NCBI GenBank assembly: GCA_051362555.1 | Contig: CM120643.1 | Span: 20,588,848-20,652,847, forward strand | From: Lingula anatina | Taxonomy: Eukaryota > Animalia > Brachiopoda | Length of the DNA stretch: 64,000 bases | Reading direction: 5' to 3' | In this document: positions 50,076 through 62,655 of the stretch, piece by piece | Layout of the letters: each line of letters opens with the position of its first letter | Numbering within the stretch: position 1 is the stretch's first letter | Program-made: the position numbers and the translations under genes | Notes under the pieces: model-generated | Database searches by the model: none | What the model was told of the DNA's origin: nothing | Seen by the model: the letters and a program-made list of their open reading frames with translations, nothing else

Positions 50076-53000
50076 ACAATTTAATGCCCACCATTGGTGT
50101 ATGTGCAATACCGGTACCTTGTATCTAGTTCACAGAGTTCTTAGTTCACAATGTGTATTTGTACCTAGTTTATAGATATTTATATCAACACCTAGTCTCT
50201 TAAGAAGTGTGCCAGTACCTTCACTTTAGACGAATACTTCAGCATCTACTCTATAAACAGGTTTTTGCTGGCACCTAGTCTTTTTTATACGTTCTAATAT
50301 CACAGGAGGCTCTAGTATAGCCGGTTTCAAAATTGAAGAAGTGTCAATTAATAATCCAACAATTTTGTAGCAGATTACTAGCGACCCTTGCGACCAAGTC
50401 GATACAGGCGAGCGTCAGGTCCGAGTTTAAACAATATCACAGCTCCTTGTCAAAAAAGCAAAGCTATTTACTGACAGACAGAACATCAGATCTTTGCATG
50501 AATTTGCGCATCTCTCATAATTTCTTTCGTAAGAAGGACATGCGAGCTCTCTTTAAACAGCACTTCAAGGTTATTTGTCGAAGAGATTTTTTACAATGCG
50601 CTGGTTAGGTCTATGACCTACTATGGTTGAGCTGTCACCAACAGAATGCTCCAAAAAGGTCTGTCTTTTGTGGATTACTTGTTAAGTGTCTTGAAAAATC
50701 ATTGACGTCATGGGCAAATGTTGGTTTTTGATACAATGAAATGACAATATTTACTCAATAGAAAGCGTTATTTGTAAATCTACTTAAACAAATAAATATC
50801 TCTAGATGCTTATACTTGTAATGTTTACCTGCTTCAAACAATGTGTAATTGCACGTGTGTATGCACAGCACTGTAAATGTAATTTTTGCTCTGGATATTT
50901 TTCAGTGCGGCGCATGCGCTCGAGCTCCGCATAAAGTTATGTCGTAACGTCATCGCGCGTCGAAAACTGTATAATAATATCCGAATTAATATCATTAAGC
51001 CATAATGGATGTAAATATTTGTGTTGTTTTCATAATACAGTAAGGTTCATTTAACACCAAGAGGAAATTTTGTAGCAGTTTCTAGCAGACAATATATCTA
51101 CTCATGCTAACATAATAGTCGGTTCATTAAAGGGTTACCCATATACTAGTCATGACTAGTACAGGGGTAAAGTAAATTGGTCTGGTAGTAGAAGATATTG
51201 TTCGTATGCTAGTTTTCAGGCCACCATACGACAGCTGGGCTGTATCCTCCCCAGGGAGGTGAGAACGTCTACAACCAGTGTAAATCAGAGGCAAAATTTA
51301 ATCAAATCTATTGTAAACCAAACTAAGACGTAGTTGAGTACGGTAAATAAGAACCAGGCTTTATTAATACTTTTACCTCGACAACACCAGTGCAGGTGCA
51401 TGTAAAGTGGGTTAAGGTTTCATAGTCATAGTCAAATATATTGTGATTTTATAAAAACTAAGAAATAAACTATACTTTCAGTGTTGCAATTCTGTTCTTT
51501 AATGCCATAATGATGAAAGGAAACCAAATTGATGTTTCTTTATTATAAGGAACGCAGTAATATTCAGAACTCACAGACAGCTTAAAACTCTCTCTTTTTC
51601 CAAAGTGATCATAAATAGAGATATATCTTAAAAAGAAGACATGTACATGGCACGCACCACGCTCCCGCCATCAATTTAAAAAATCATTTTCGTGGAGTTA
51701 AAGCCATTTTAACACCTTGTATGACGATTTGTCAAAAGTTATGAAAGGGTGAAGTGACTTGCGATGCTCGGACTTTTTTTGTGAGATAAAAAATACCCAT
51801 AGGGTGGCCATCGACATGCCAACTACTATATCGTGCAACACACACAGTTCAATGTAATGCCGCGAATTAGAATCAATTGAATGCAATTACTCAGTTGTTG
51901 TAAATAAAACTGGCTTACATTGTCGTGTGGGTTGCTGACCAGACCAAAGACCAATCCGCACAATATGAAATATTTTCTCGCAATTTGAAAGAAGTTGAAT
52001 GAATGCGAGGTGGGTTCATTGATGGAATGCACGCAGGTAGAATGGACATCTCAAGCACGCCAGACGACGCGGAATGCACTCCGCGCGCGCCGGGTACACC
52101 TCTTAACGTCGCCTAATGAACTGTGGGCCTTCATTCTTGCAAAGGTGTGCTAGGTGCAAGACGGACTGCTGCGAAACTACGGCAAAATCGAGGAAGGCGA
52201 CAGCAATGCATTTAATGCTTATTTTACTTTAAAGAAGCAGCTGAGTAACGTCAGACTAAAAATGTTAACATTTAATCTTGGGCTGCGCGTTTAAGGATCT
52301 TAAAAACTTATTTTCTATCAGAAACTGAAAGACGAGGGAGGAGATAGTATTGTTGAGCTCACAATAATAGTTTTAAAAGCATTTGCGGCTAACAGTACAC
52401 TTGACATTGCAGAAAAGGCAGTCGAGAAGTTGGTGTTATTATTATGAATGGCGCAACAATAAACAATACTCGCCTCACCAAGGCTGGTGTTTTGAAACTT
52501 CAGTCCCAACAGAAACTAAGAATGAAATAGCTCAGCAGAGAGCGTCAAGTTATCGCCTCACTGCATCTGCGTGTTTGGAAAAAGGGGAAAATCACAAATC
52601 GGGCTAACTAAAACAAACTGGATTATTTCAGCTTGTAGGGGATGAACCCGCTTCTAAGGTCAAAACCCCAAAGATTTTGAGTATTAGGCCAAGTTGGAAT
52701 AAACAGAAAGGGCTTGGATATTTTTGTTACAAATTCGTTCACAAGACGAAGCTCGGCTAAGCGGAAAACAAGCACGGAAGTAAGACATTGTTTTTCATGC
52801 CATTTGTTTTGCTGGTTGTCGACAGCACATTAAAAAAGGGGGTGAAATTTACCAGTTTTACAACAAAGAAGATGGCACGTTGTAGATCACACTGGCTGTA
52901 GGATTAATGGGCTAATGAGTTGGTGTCTCTTCTAAGGACTTGTTCTGAAAGGAATTTTCAACAAACAGGTGAGTAAAGGGTACGCTATCGTGTCAGATGC

Positions 53001-53144
53001 AGTGCTGTTTGGACGCAGCATATGTGTTTACGTTAAACAAGACCGCGCTCCGGTCTCTCCCTAAGTTACTTGTACAGGCAAGAAGGCACTTAAATTTTTC
53101 AGTTTAAAAGAATAAGGTTTAGAGTTCTTTCGAAAACTTCATTT

Positions 53145-53297
53145 TACGGTAAAGGTGTGTTCACATATAAGTCGATATTAAGGCATTCTCTCCTGAGATA
53201 GAAGAAAGTGCACGGTAAAGGTGCGCGGTACGGTAAATGTGCGTTCACATATAAGTCGATATTTAGGCATTCTCTCCCGAGATAGAAGAAAGTACAC
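53145..53297. repeat. ~84-bp tandem duplication
   Basis: tacggtaaa(g/t)gtg(t/c)gttcacatataagtcgatatt(a/t)aggcattctctcc(t/c)gagatagaagaaagt occurs twice. Confidence 0.9.
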
Positions 53298-54317
53298 ACA
53301 CTGATCCCCACGAAACGTGTGGAATATACTGAGCACAACAAATATTCACACTCTACCTTTTTCCTAATGTTTCTGCGCTGTGCAGTTGAGAGGTGGAGCG
53401 AGTGAGGGGGTACCCCACCCCTATCTCAGTAGCCCAAATACAACACTGACGCTCAAGATATAGGGGCTTTGATTACGATTTAAATCCAAGAACGACTTAG
53501 AATCGGGTCATTTACGAAAGAAAGAATTTACAACCAAGAGTAAATTGCTGGTACTCCTTGTATATACTGTGTACATAGAGTCCGTGCCATTAAAATAATT
53601 ATGCGTAGAAAAAATAGGATCGTGAAAGATTAGATGATAAACGAACGGTAAGAGAATAGATAGCGTCCCCTCATTAAGGATAAAAGTGGAACAGGTCGCA
53701 ATTCAAAGTACTTAATTCAGACAATGGTTCAATAAACTATGCATCTCTATAGTTCAACTAAAAATTCGTATAAAAGGCCCAAGCTTTCGGCATTCTTCGG
53801 GGGACAGATGAGTAAACAAACAAACAAACAAACAAACTTCGAAGAGGGTGAATATGCTAAATCTTCACAATGATCCAGTAAAAAGTTTCATCAGTCTCAT
53901 CAGTCAGTTACTACATGTACTTCTTGTTCTTCAATATGTCTGTGTGCGGCAAGTCATCTTCATCAGCTATAGGTGAGAGTTTCTAGGCGACCGAATTCTA
54001 CTCTAGTAATAAAAAGTCGTTTATTTCGTACCTTTTTCCCCCTTACGAGAAAGTATACACTAAACACCCTTTTCCCCATTTTAAGCTCTTATACAGTTCC
54101 GAAAGATATGTGCATCTTCGCATACAAATAATAACGTAAATTAGCTTGCTGTGTTTGTATTCAGCATGGTTTTATTTGATAATCTAATTATGGTCGCACG
54201 CACCCACGCTTGCCTACACAGGTATGATTGTTGTATGGACGTGAAGTCATTTGTAGACACGTTGCGATCGACAGCGATGCACTTTATTGTGTTGGTTAAT
54301 TTCCATAACAGGTCAGT

Positions 54318-54354
<37 letters not shown>

Positions 54355-56457
54355 ACGTGTTATTAAGACCATGTTATGGTCAAAGCAATTTATTGCAGAA
54401 AGGCAGTTATGTATATCATTTCACCCAATTTTCAGCAGACACGGTTAAAACACGTAAAAATTTTACTAGAACAGCTGCTGTTTTATCTCCCAATCAACTA
54501 CTTTCGGTTTATCTTGATTTACATCATTTGCACTTAGTTACAAGAAATTGTACTTTAATGCCTTGCTATCGAAGATTTCATTACATCAGAACCATTGCCA
54601 AACACTTGTACTGAAGAAAAGTTGAGAGTGTTTAATAAGATCAGAATCCACAGCAGTGCGTCCCCATACACGATTTGAACACAAGAGAAAACTAGAGTTA
54701 GATGTTTCTCTTAACATGAGGAACATCCGAATTGTCCTGAGGTATAGCAAATTAGTCTCAAATATAACGAGATCTTGCGAGACTTGGAGAATTATGTGTT
54801 GACGGCGGTCGAATTAAGTGTAAAACAAATGGAGTTGCTCTGTTTTTCCGTCTTTGCCAGAGACAAATTGAAAACAAATTTTACATAATAATGAAATATG
54901 ATTAAAAATAGCCTACATGAAAGATGAAAGATGCTGACAACCTGAACATACTGTGTTATAACAGTCACAAGAACAATGGTGCGTTGCCTGTCTTTGCCAT
55001 TAAAATCATAATATATCACAAATAATACGCATAGCAGAAGGTTTCAAAATAAAAAGCCAACAGGTTCAAAGTGAATATTATGAAGAAGCAAAAGCTGCAA
55101 AGTCGGTGCATTTTACTGAAGTTTAAGTTAATTTCCAATGCTGAGTGCGCGCGACAGTAAGTGTATTGGAATCGTTTCTAAAAAGTCATTTTACACATCC
55201 TTCGAACAAGTTATCGCATAGATTTTTGATGAAGTTTATTTGTTGAGAACTCAGTTATTAATATTGTCAAGTACATGTATACGTGGACCTACTGCTTTCA
55301 TATGCAGTAATTTACACTGATAATCAATCACGATTTTTTTATTCTAAATCACTGGTATCAAATTCAGATCACGTGATATCTGCTATTAATTGGATGTTGT
55401 GAAGATTTTTTAATAGAACCACATCCTATTTTTTCCACTTTGCTCTGTAAGAAGCTCCTTAGTTTTATTAAATAAAAAATGTCATACACAGTTAGTATGA
55501 AAAATACCAAACAAATTATCATATCTAGATGCAGCATGCATATTTTTTTTCAGCTGCTGAACATATGTTTGTTGGAGTGCAAAAAGTAGTTCAAATTATG
55601 TGTACACATGTTATCATGCGTCCTGGACAGCTTCTTGTTCCAGGACATTGCTAAGAAGAATAATAGAGAGCAATAACGGCGCAGTTACACTTTTAATTGT
55701 GTGTAAAGAACAAATGTTATTTCGACGCCCTTTAGATTTATGGTCGCACACACTCGTCTTTCTCAAGTGCGCATGGCGGGGGTTTGAAATGAAGCTCCAG
55801 ACACTGGTGATAAAAAGTTACGTCACCAAAGTGGAACAGTTGCTGAAACTAGGTAGCACAAAGATAGACAAAGTAATTTTAATAGTCTGTCGGCCTACTA
55901 GTCTAATAGTACATACCCCGTAATAATGTACAGTGTGAATTTTGTTTAAAAGCACTTGTCCTGCCGTTATTATAGGAGATTAGAGGGATGCCGTATCTAA
56001 GCTTTGTCATTCACATAAGAACCCCGTTCATTAGAAGTCGGAAAATAGATTGAAGTAGGTAGAAAATATGATTCCGTGATCGTGACCTTGAACTTTAAGG
56101 TACAGCTAGTAGTCGCGGGGATGCAGGGTGCACAAGAAGAAGCGTCATACTTCGAGATTGCACGCTGCCTTAAAAAAGTAAAATGACTTATGCATGCTAT
56201 ATGACGACATACAGTAAGTTCAGAGCAGTCGCCAGTCTGTCGCCAGTCCAGCAGTAGGTCACTTATCTGTCCCATGCACAGCGCCCTGAGTACGAAACAA
56301 TTAATTTACGGATCAAGAAACCTTAACGCTTCGTTCAAGGTAAAACGTTACGATGTTGCAAAAAGTATAAACAGAGAACCTATGCTCTACTCAAGCAAGT
56401 ATTATAATCCTTACTAAATAATGTGCTGACCAGCGCAAGATGTTTACGTTAAAAATT

Positions 56458-56527
56458 GTTACGGACGCCTCACCCGTCCGATGTAGTGCAACTAAGCACG
56501 ACATCGGACAGATGAGACGTCCGTAAC
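56458..56527. repeat. 70-nt hairpin (32-bp stem, 6-nt loop)
   Basis: gttacggacgcctcacccgtccgatgtagtgc-aactaa-gcacgacatcggacagatgagacgtccgtaac, with 4 mismatches. Confidence 0.85.
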
Positions 56528-59500
56528 CAAAAGAATTCCCAGTGGGAAGGACACAACTTTTACCGACTCCGTGAACAAAAACCTTGGGGTTTCTAGAAAT
56601 AGCTTAATATAAGAAAATTAAAATCCTTCCACTTATTCCAACTGGTTGTCTAACAAACCTCATAAAGATACAACCGGTTTATAACACGTAGGAGTGCAAT
56701 TACAACCAAATCATTCACTCGATGTGAGAAAGCTTCCGCCGCACCCTATATACACAGTTAATGATCCATCATCTTTGCCTTTCTCTTAAATGTCTCCAAG
56801 TCCAAGGCCAGAGATTACCGTGCCAATTGAAAGCTATGGATTGGTTTCCCGACAATCTTTACAATGCGTTTTGAAGAGCTCTGTAATTGAATAGGCACCC
56901 GATTAATAAATCTTAAGCCATCAATGATGATATGTCAATGGAGGAGAGAATTGAAATTTACAAGAGTAATGATAAGACTGAGATTGCCTAGGGAATGCGT
57001 TCATTTCGCTGTCGGACAAGAACGAGCAAAACCCGTCGCGCGCTCCAGGAAATCATGGCAATTATTTTTCCGTGTTGTTTTCTCTGAAGAGATGAGACTT
57101 CGTTACTGATCTCCCTGAAAAGATTAGACTTCGTCACTAATCCCGTCGCCTCCCGTAAGTCCGGTAAGTGGTCATCCGATGTCAAGTATGCTCATGTTGC
57201 GTGTTGCGAAGAACGTGTGTATTGTTGGCGGCATGCTTGTGTTGATAGTTGGTGATCAGTGGGCTTAAAAATACGGACCTGTGAAAGTGCTTTAGGTAGT
57301 TCCTCTGCTTTGATAACGGGAATCACACATATGCAGGCACGCGCACACACACACACACACACTGCATACGTAGACACATCAGAACGGTTCCTTCGATTCC
57401 ATTCGATTGAATACACCAGAAAAACACTTACAAGGGGTTTAAACGTTCCTATGCATTTACATAAATTTGAAGCTCTGGTTATATATCAGATTATATAAGA
57501 CTATAAAGACTTGAAAAATTAGGGTAGAATTCGTAAATTAAAAAAATGGTTATATTTGCATTGACCTACTTCACGAAAGATTAGCAATTACAGTGCTCAT
57601 TTTGCCACTGCAGAGCTAAACATGTCGATAGATGTTAAATCACAGGAGCTTTATACTAAGTCTGAAATCTTTTAGGGTTATTGGATTTATTCAATCGCAC
57701 AGAAAATGGCATAGATGTGGAACGTTTAATGCAGGAACAGGATCAGAATTGTATGGTTAAAGTCACACGACGGGCGTCAGACCATTTTCTTGCAAAAAAT
57801 GAGTTTCCCTAGAAATTACATTTTCTTTTTTTTTTTCTAAATCACTAAGGCACACCATATCCAAAAACCGGCCACATTACTACGGTCCATAAATACGTGT
57901 TTGAGTTCAAAGTTTCTTGTTATTGGGTCAGTCTCGTAATGGAGACAGAGACCAGAGAATTCCACAAAATTAGACATTTAGATCTCGAAAACGGATGTAT
58001 AGATGGTACGTTTGTGAACGGTTTTAGATATGGTTTACCTTGGTTAATAAAAGGAAAAGTTCAACGATAACCAGGAAATTCCAGAAAAATATTCTACAAT
58101 ATAAAGATCTATTTCTTCTCAGAAAGATCTCATTCTTCTCATTATATGCATTTGAAATGACGCAGGCAGAGAATCCTGACACCAGTCAAATCAAGTGGTG
58201 GCAAGTTATGGCAGACTAATTATCTCCTACTATTCATGGGAGAGATGGAAGGGTCGGTTCTCCTTAATATCGAAAGAGCAATGTCCTGGAAATCTTTCAG
58301 CTCTTGACTTCAACCTTTTCTGTTATTTGGGGTACAAAACACTTAATCTTAACGGCGGGAAAAGGTAAAGTTATTGAAATGTTGGGGAATGAGTACATGT
58401 TTGCGTTTGCAGTGCATGGTGAGAATGGTTAAATGACGACAGTCTTGTTTTTATGACGAATAAAAACGCACCTGTTTCAAAAATACAAAAATATTCTTAA
58501 AGATTCTTTAAAGAAAAGAAAATTAAATTTAAAGCTGATAAAAAGACAAAATTGTTTTGTGGAGTATAATTATTTCTTACATTCTTACAAAGTTTTAAAG
58601 TCTTTTGCACTTACTGTGTATAGCCGTTCGTCATTTAGAACAACACTACAGTGCAAATGTACTAGTGAGTCAGATCTACCGACGCAGTACTTTTTAGTTT
58701 TCGCGGAGGTGTGTAAAAAAGGGGGCTAGCACATATCAAACGGGTTTTGATAATAATCTCATCGACTACAAAAACTGTCCCGCTATGTCAGAAATGCCTT
58801 CTCAGCGGCTAGCAGAGGGAGTGGCACGTGCGTGCTTAAAATGGCACCAAATATCACAGTGATTAAAAAGATAATGTAGACAAAGCAGTATTATTCAATA
58901 ACATAAACTTAATAATTTTTCAGTTGCGTTGTGATATTCAGTATTCCATGTCCTTTGGCTAGCTAGCAAACTACCTTAAGCATATTTCTGAAACGAATCC
59001 ATCCTAGAGTACAGCTCCTTTCGGTGACAGATTCTGTTTTAAAAAGTCATTTGTCTCATTCTTCTCATGTATAAGAACTGGAATAAAGTATCCTGTATAT
59101 TCATTTATCGTTTTATTATAATGGCATGTGCATACAAACAGTCAGGCTTTCGGACTTGTAAGTCCATTATGAATTAAGAATTAGGATCAATTTAAGGACG
59201 TACGCAGTCCCTGTTTTCATTCTGTTTACAGGATTGTTTTTCAATTTTTTATATTAACCTTTAAAAAACTTTATTGGATTTAATCGATTGGAAACATAGC
59301 ATTTCAAATAGAACAGAGAAGGATCACCTGCTATATGCATAAGTTGGCGTGTGTTACTTAATAAGTTACATATGTGAAATCTTCGTGGTCGTAATAGTTG
59401 TTGACATGCTCTAATACTAACCAACCATTTGATTTAGTGGCACTCACTTTGAAAAGAACATGGAGGAAGGTAGGTGGTTAACATTTTAGCCAAACTGAGG

Positions 59501-59838
59501 GGTAATTAAGTGGAATTTATAGTCTATGTCGTATCGCTCCATGCACTTAGAATTGTAAAAGTCTGTTCGAGCCTCTTTCAGCGTTATAGATGGGATACTT
59601 CTTCATGAAAAAAGTTTCTCCTTGTGTTTTTTGTATCTCAATCACACTTATATTGCATTCATATTGGTCCAGCAATGTAATACAACAATCTTTGGAGAAA
59701 ATTTTGAGAATTATGAAAAACTTGGAACAAATAAGGACGTCCAATATGTTCAGCTAGAGCACAAAAAGCTTTGACCAACTGGGATCCGTTGCGCAGGGTC
59801 ATGGAGTTCGCTTGATAAAATAAGCAGAAACAGAAAAG

Positions 59839-59841
<3 letters not shown>

Positions 59842-59906
<65 letters not shown>
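59842..59906. repeat. (TA)n microsatellite
   Basis: Perfect TA run. Confidence 0.95.
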
Positions 59907-59909
<3 letters not shown>

Positions 59910-60075
59910 GGAGATAGGAAGAGTTGGTTGGTTGGTGGGTTGGGTTGGGATGTCAAAGATGGTCCAAATACTAAGGGTTCCATGTGTGTTATTCTAAAGC
60001 ACGAAAAGTACCAGTACACACAGGCCAGTTGCGCAAGAGCAATCGGGCCAACCCAAATGGGACCCATGAGGTACC

Positions 60076-60244
60076 CAGGGGCGGATTCAGAGATATTTTC
60101 TGACAGTCTTCCAAATTATCTTTGTTGATCCATCCACCATTTTTGACCGTCTTCCGACAGAAAAAAATTAGATACCCGTCAATGTAAACTTGAAAATCTG
60201 ACCGTCTTCCGGAAGACCCAGAAGACGGCCTAAATCCGCCCCTG
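60076..60244. mobile_element. MITE (169 bp), TIR CAGGGGCGGAT, 6-bp TSD ggtacc
   Basis: caggggcggatt / aatccgcccctg with ggtacc on both flanks. Homologous to 10739-10905. Confidence 0.88.
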
Positions 60245-61240
60245 GGTACCCTTTGTCAAACCCGACTAGGACGGACTCGGTGACACACACTGGCCCCACA
60301 ATTTCTCCACATACAGTATTGCAATACTTCTTATCAAACTTTTAAAAGTACACTTTTTTTAGAACTAATTGTGCCAATCTGAATGACTGTGACAAAGGAA
60401 TACGACATTTCTAACAGCAGACTGCAACGACTTCTGTGAAAATGAGATTTACTCACTAGAAATGTTATTTGAATGTGATTTATGAACAAGCTGAAAATTT
60501 GAAGTACAGGTGTACTTTTCAGAATGCGATCAATGGTTGATGAGGGTTTTCTCTTTCTTTTGAGCTTTTTTTATATGAATCAATATATTTACATGAATAT
60601 GCCTGCGAGGTATATACACATTTAGGAAAGCTTACCTTGGTTTATCAATTGTTTTAGCTCCTGATAAAAATCCCCTACAATCACAGGTAAAAATATTTAA
60701 TATTTAATAAAGACACAGCAACTTTTTGAAAATTTCTAAAACGCTCTTAAGTTGTTCAAAATGACAAGTCATCCAAAGCGCGGACCTGACTCTGACGTAC
60801 TATGGCTCGTACACATACACGACTGCTCGTATCTTTAATTGTTTTGTGGGGGGTATTATGACACGTATGGCTTGTGTTTGACTTTTAATTTAGTTAAACT
60901 GTAACACACCTAAATTTTAGTCAAAACGGCTTGATTAATTGCAGTAGTGGTGTCCAGGTTCACCCGCTATAGAAAATTAATAGTATCCCTGATTATTTAG
61001 TTATCCAGAAAGGAGTAAACGTAGGAGTTAGATAGAGATAGATTTGACCAATCAGCATTTAATAAAAGTAAACATCAATATTGACGAGAGGAGGGAGAAA
61101 TTAACGCTATAAGAAAACACCTACGCCGGTACAGTAATGTTAAAATTGCGTGTCAAGAAGGGTGTCACAACATAAAGTTCCAAGTGACCAAATAGAAATA
61201 ATTTTCCTTTTTTCAATTCAATCTGTTGCTCCACTTCCAG

Positions 61241-61719
61241 GGCATCAACAGGAATCTCGCTGATCAGTTATTCCAAAAAGGGGCCTCACGATGAGGTGTC
61301 TATAATAACAGGGGGAGCAGCGCCCGAAAACGTCCAAATCGAGGGCGTGGAAAATAAAGGCATGGATGAGGTGAATCATAACGAGAAAAGACTCCTCTCG
61401 GATTCTGATGACCCGGAGAGTAACCGTGATGGCGGCGGCCGTACTAACGATTCCAGTCAGTACGACGAGAGATACAAAATGATGCCCAATCACAGGATGT
61501 CTCCAAGAAAAGACTCGGACATGGAGGTCTATCTCCAAAGTAACGGAACAGTTGTCTCAGATGTCCGGAAAGAGAAAGAACTTGACGATGAGGAGTTTGG
61601 GGGTGAGGAGAGAGAAACATGGGGGAAGAAGATAGACTTTTTGTTGTCAATCATTGGTTTTGCTGTGGATTTGGCAAACGTTTGGCGATTCCCATACCTG
61701 TGTTACAGAAATGGCGGAG
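61241..61719 (+). CDS. Sodium-dependent catecholamine transporter (SLC6A2/A3-like: dopamine/noradrenaline/octopamine), N-terminal + TM1 exon; gene continues beyond the right edge
   Basis: Acceptor ccacttccag|61241 and donor GGAG|gtgagt at 61719. The exon encodes [38 protein letters not shown]. The TM1 Asp marks monoamine transporters, and FAVDLAN (rather than SERT YAVDLGN) points to the DAT/NET/OAT group. The frame is open across the whole exon; the first internal ATG is at 61362. Confidence 0.92.
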
Positions 61720-62621
61720 GTGAGTTATTCAATAAAAATGTTAAATTATCTTCTTTCAGTGATTAATTTTTATATGGAGGAATTCAAAACCTACAGAAAT
61801 CAATTTTAAATTTAAAAAAGACATGCATTTTAAGCAAAATATTTAATTAAAAGTACATTAAAGTTTTGAATAAATAGCTGTCATAACAGCCGCGTGGAGT
61901 GCAATACAACAATTAATGCCCAAATACGCACTGTCAGAATGAAGTGCTTTGTAGTTTTTCGGACTTGCCCAGCCTCTATTCAATTGACAGATTCGCGTAC
62001 AATCAAGTGAAGCAACTCTTTATACCATTTAGGAACACATGATTCTTTAAACAAGTCATGTCCGATATACACGATGCCCTGTGTGTAGTTTAAACCACCC
62101 TACTCCCTAACTGGAAAAAACACCAGTCTTTTTAGTGAAACTGTACATTAACAACGTTTGGCACCACATAGCAATTAAACCCTTATCTTCCTTGTTTTAC
62201 TGATGCAAAAAAACTCTCAGTGGCGCCACCTTCAATTGGCGCCCAGGGCACAGTGTCGTACCTGCTGTGTTCAAGATACCCACTGTGAAGACGGTCAACA
62301 CATGCAATTTTACAGGTCAGCTGTAAAAGTTTTAAAATATTGACCCAAGACACAATTAGCCATGTTATGTGTCCATATTTGTTAATTTTGATTCCATCAT
62401 CATTGATCATACCCGTGGTCATTTTATTTGTGTTTTATACAATTTAATATATAAAGTGGATTAAAATACTAACTATACATGGACCAATACATTAACTGGG
62501 TAATCCTTATGTTTTGATCATTTTTATTTTAAGTGATTGTGCGTAGCATATAAAGATGGGAGTTGTATTTAAAGGATGTGTATTTGTCGGGTTGTGCCCT
62601 GTATATATCATATCGTTATAA

Positions 62622-62622
62622 C

Positions 62623-62655
<33 letters not shown>
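62622..62655. repeat. (AAT)n microsatellite
   Basis: Direct reading. Similar runs occur at ~5571-5617, ~33972-34013 and ~36943-36981. Confidence 0.9.

Noticed and set aside
61296-61298. GTG start called by the ORF track for the SLC6 ORF
   Set aside because: This is a prokaryotic-style start call. The frame is open back to the splice acceptor at 61241.
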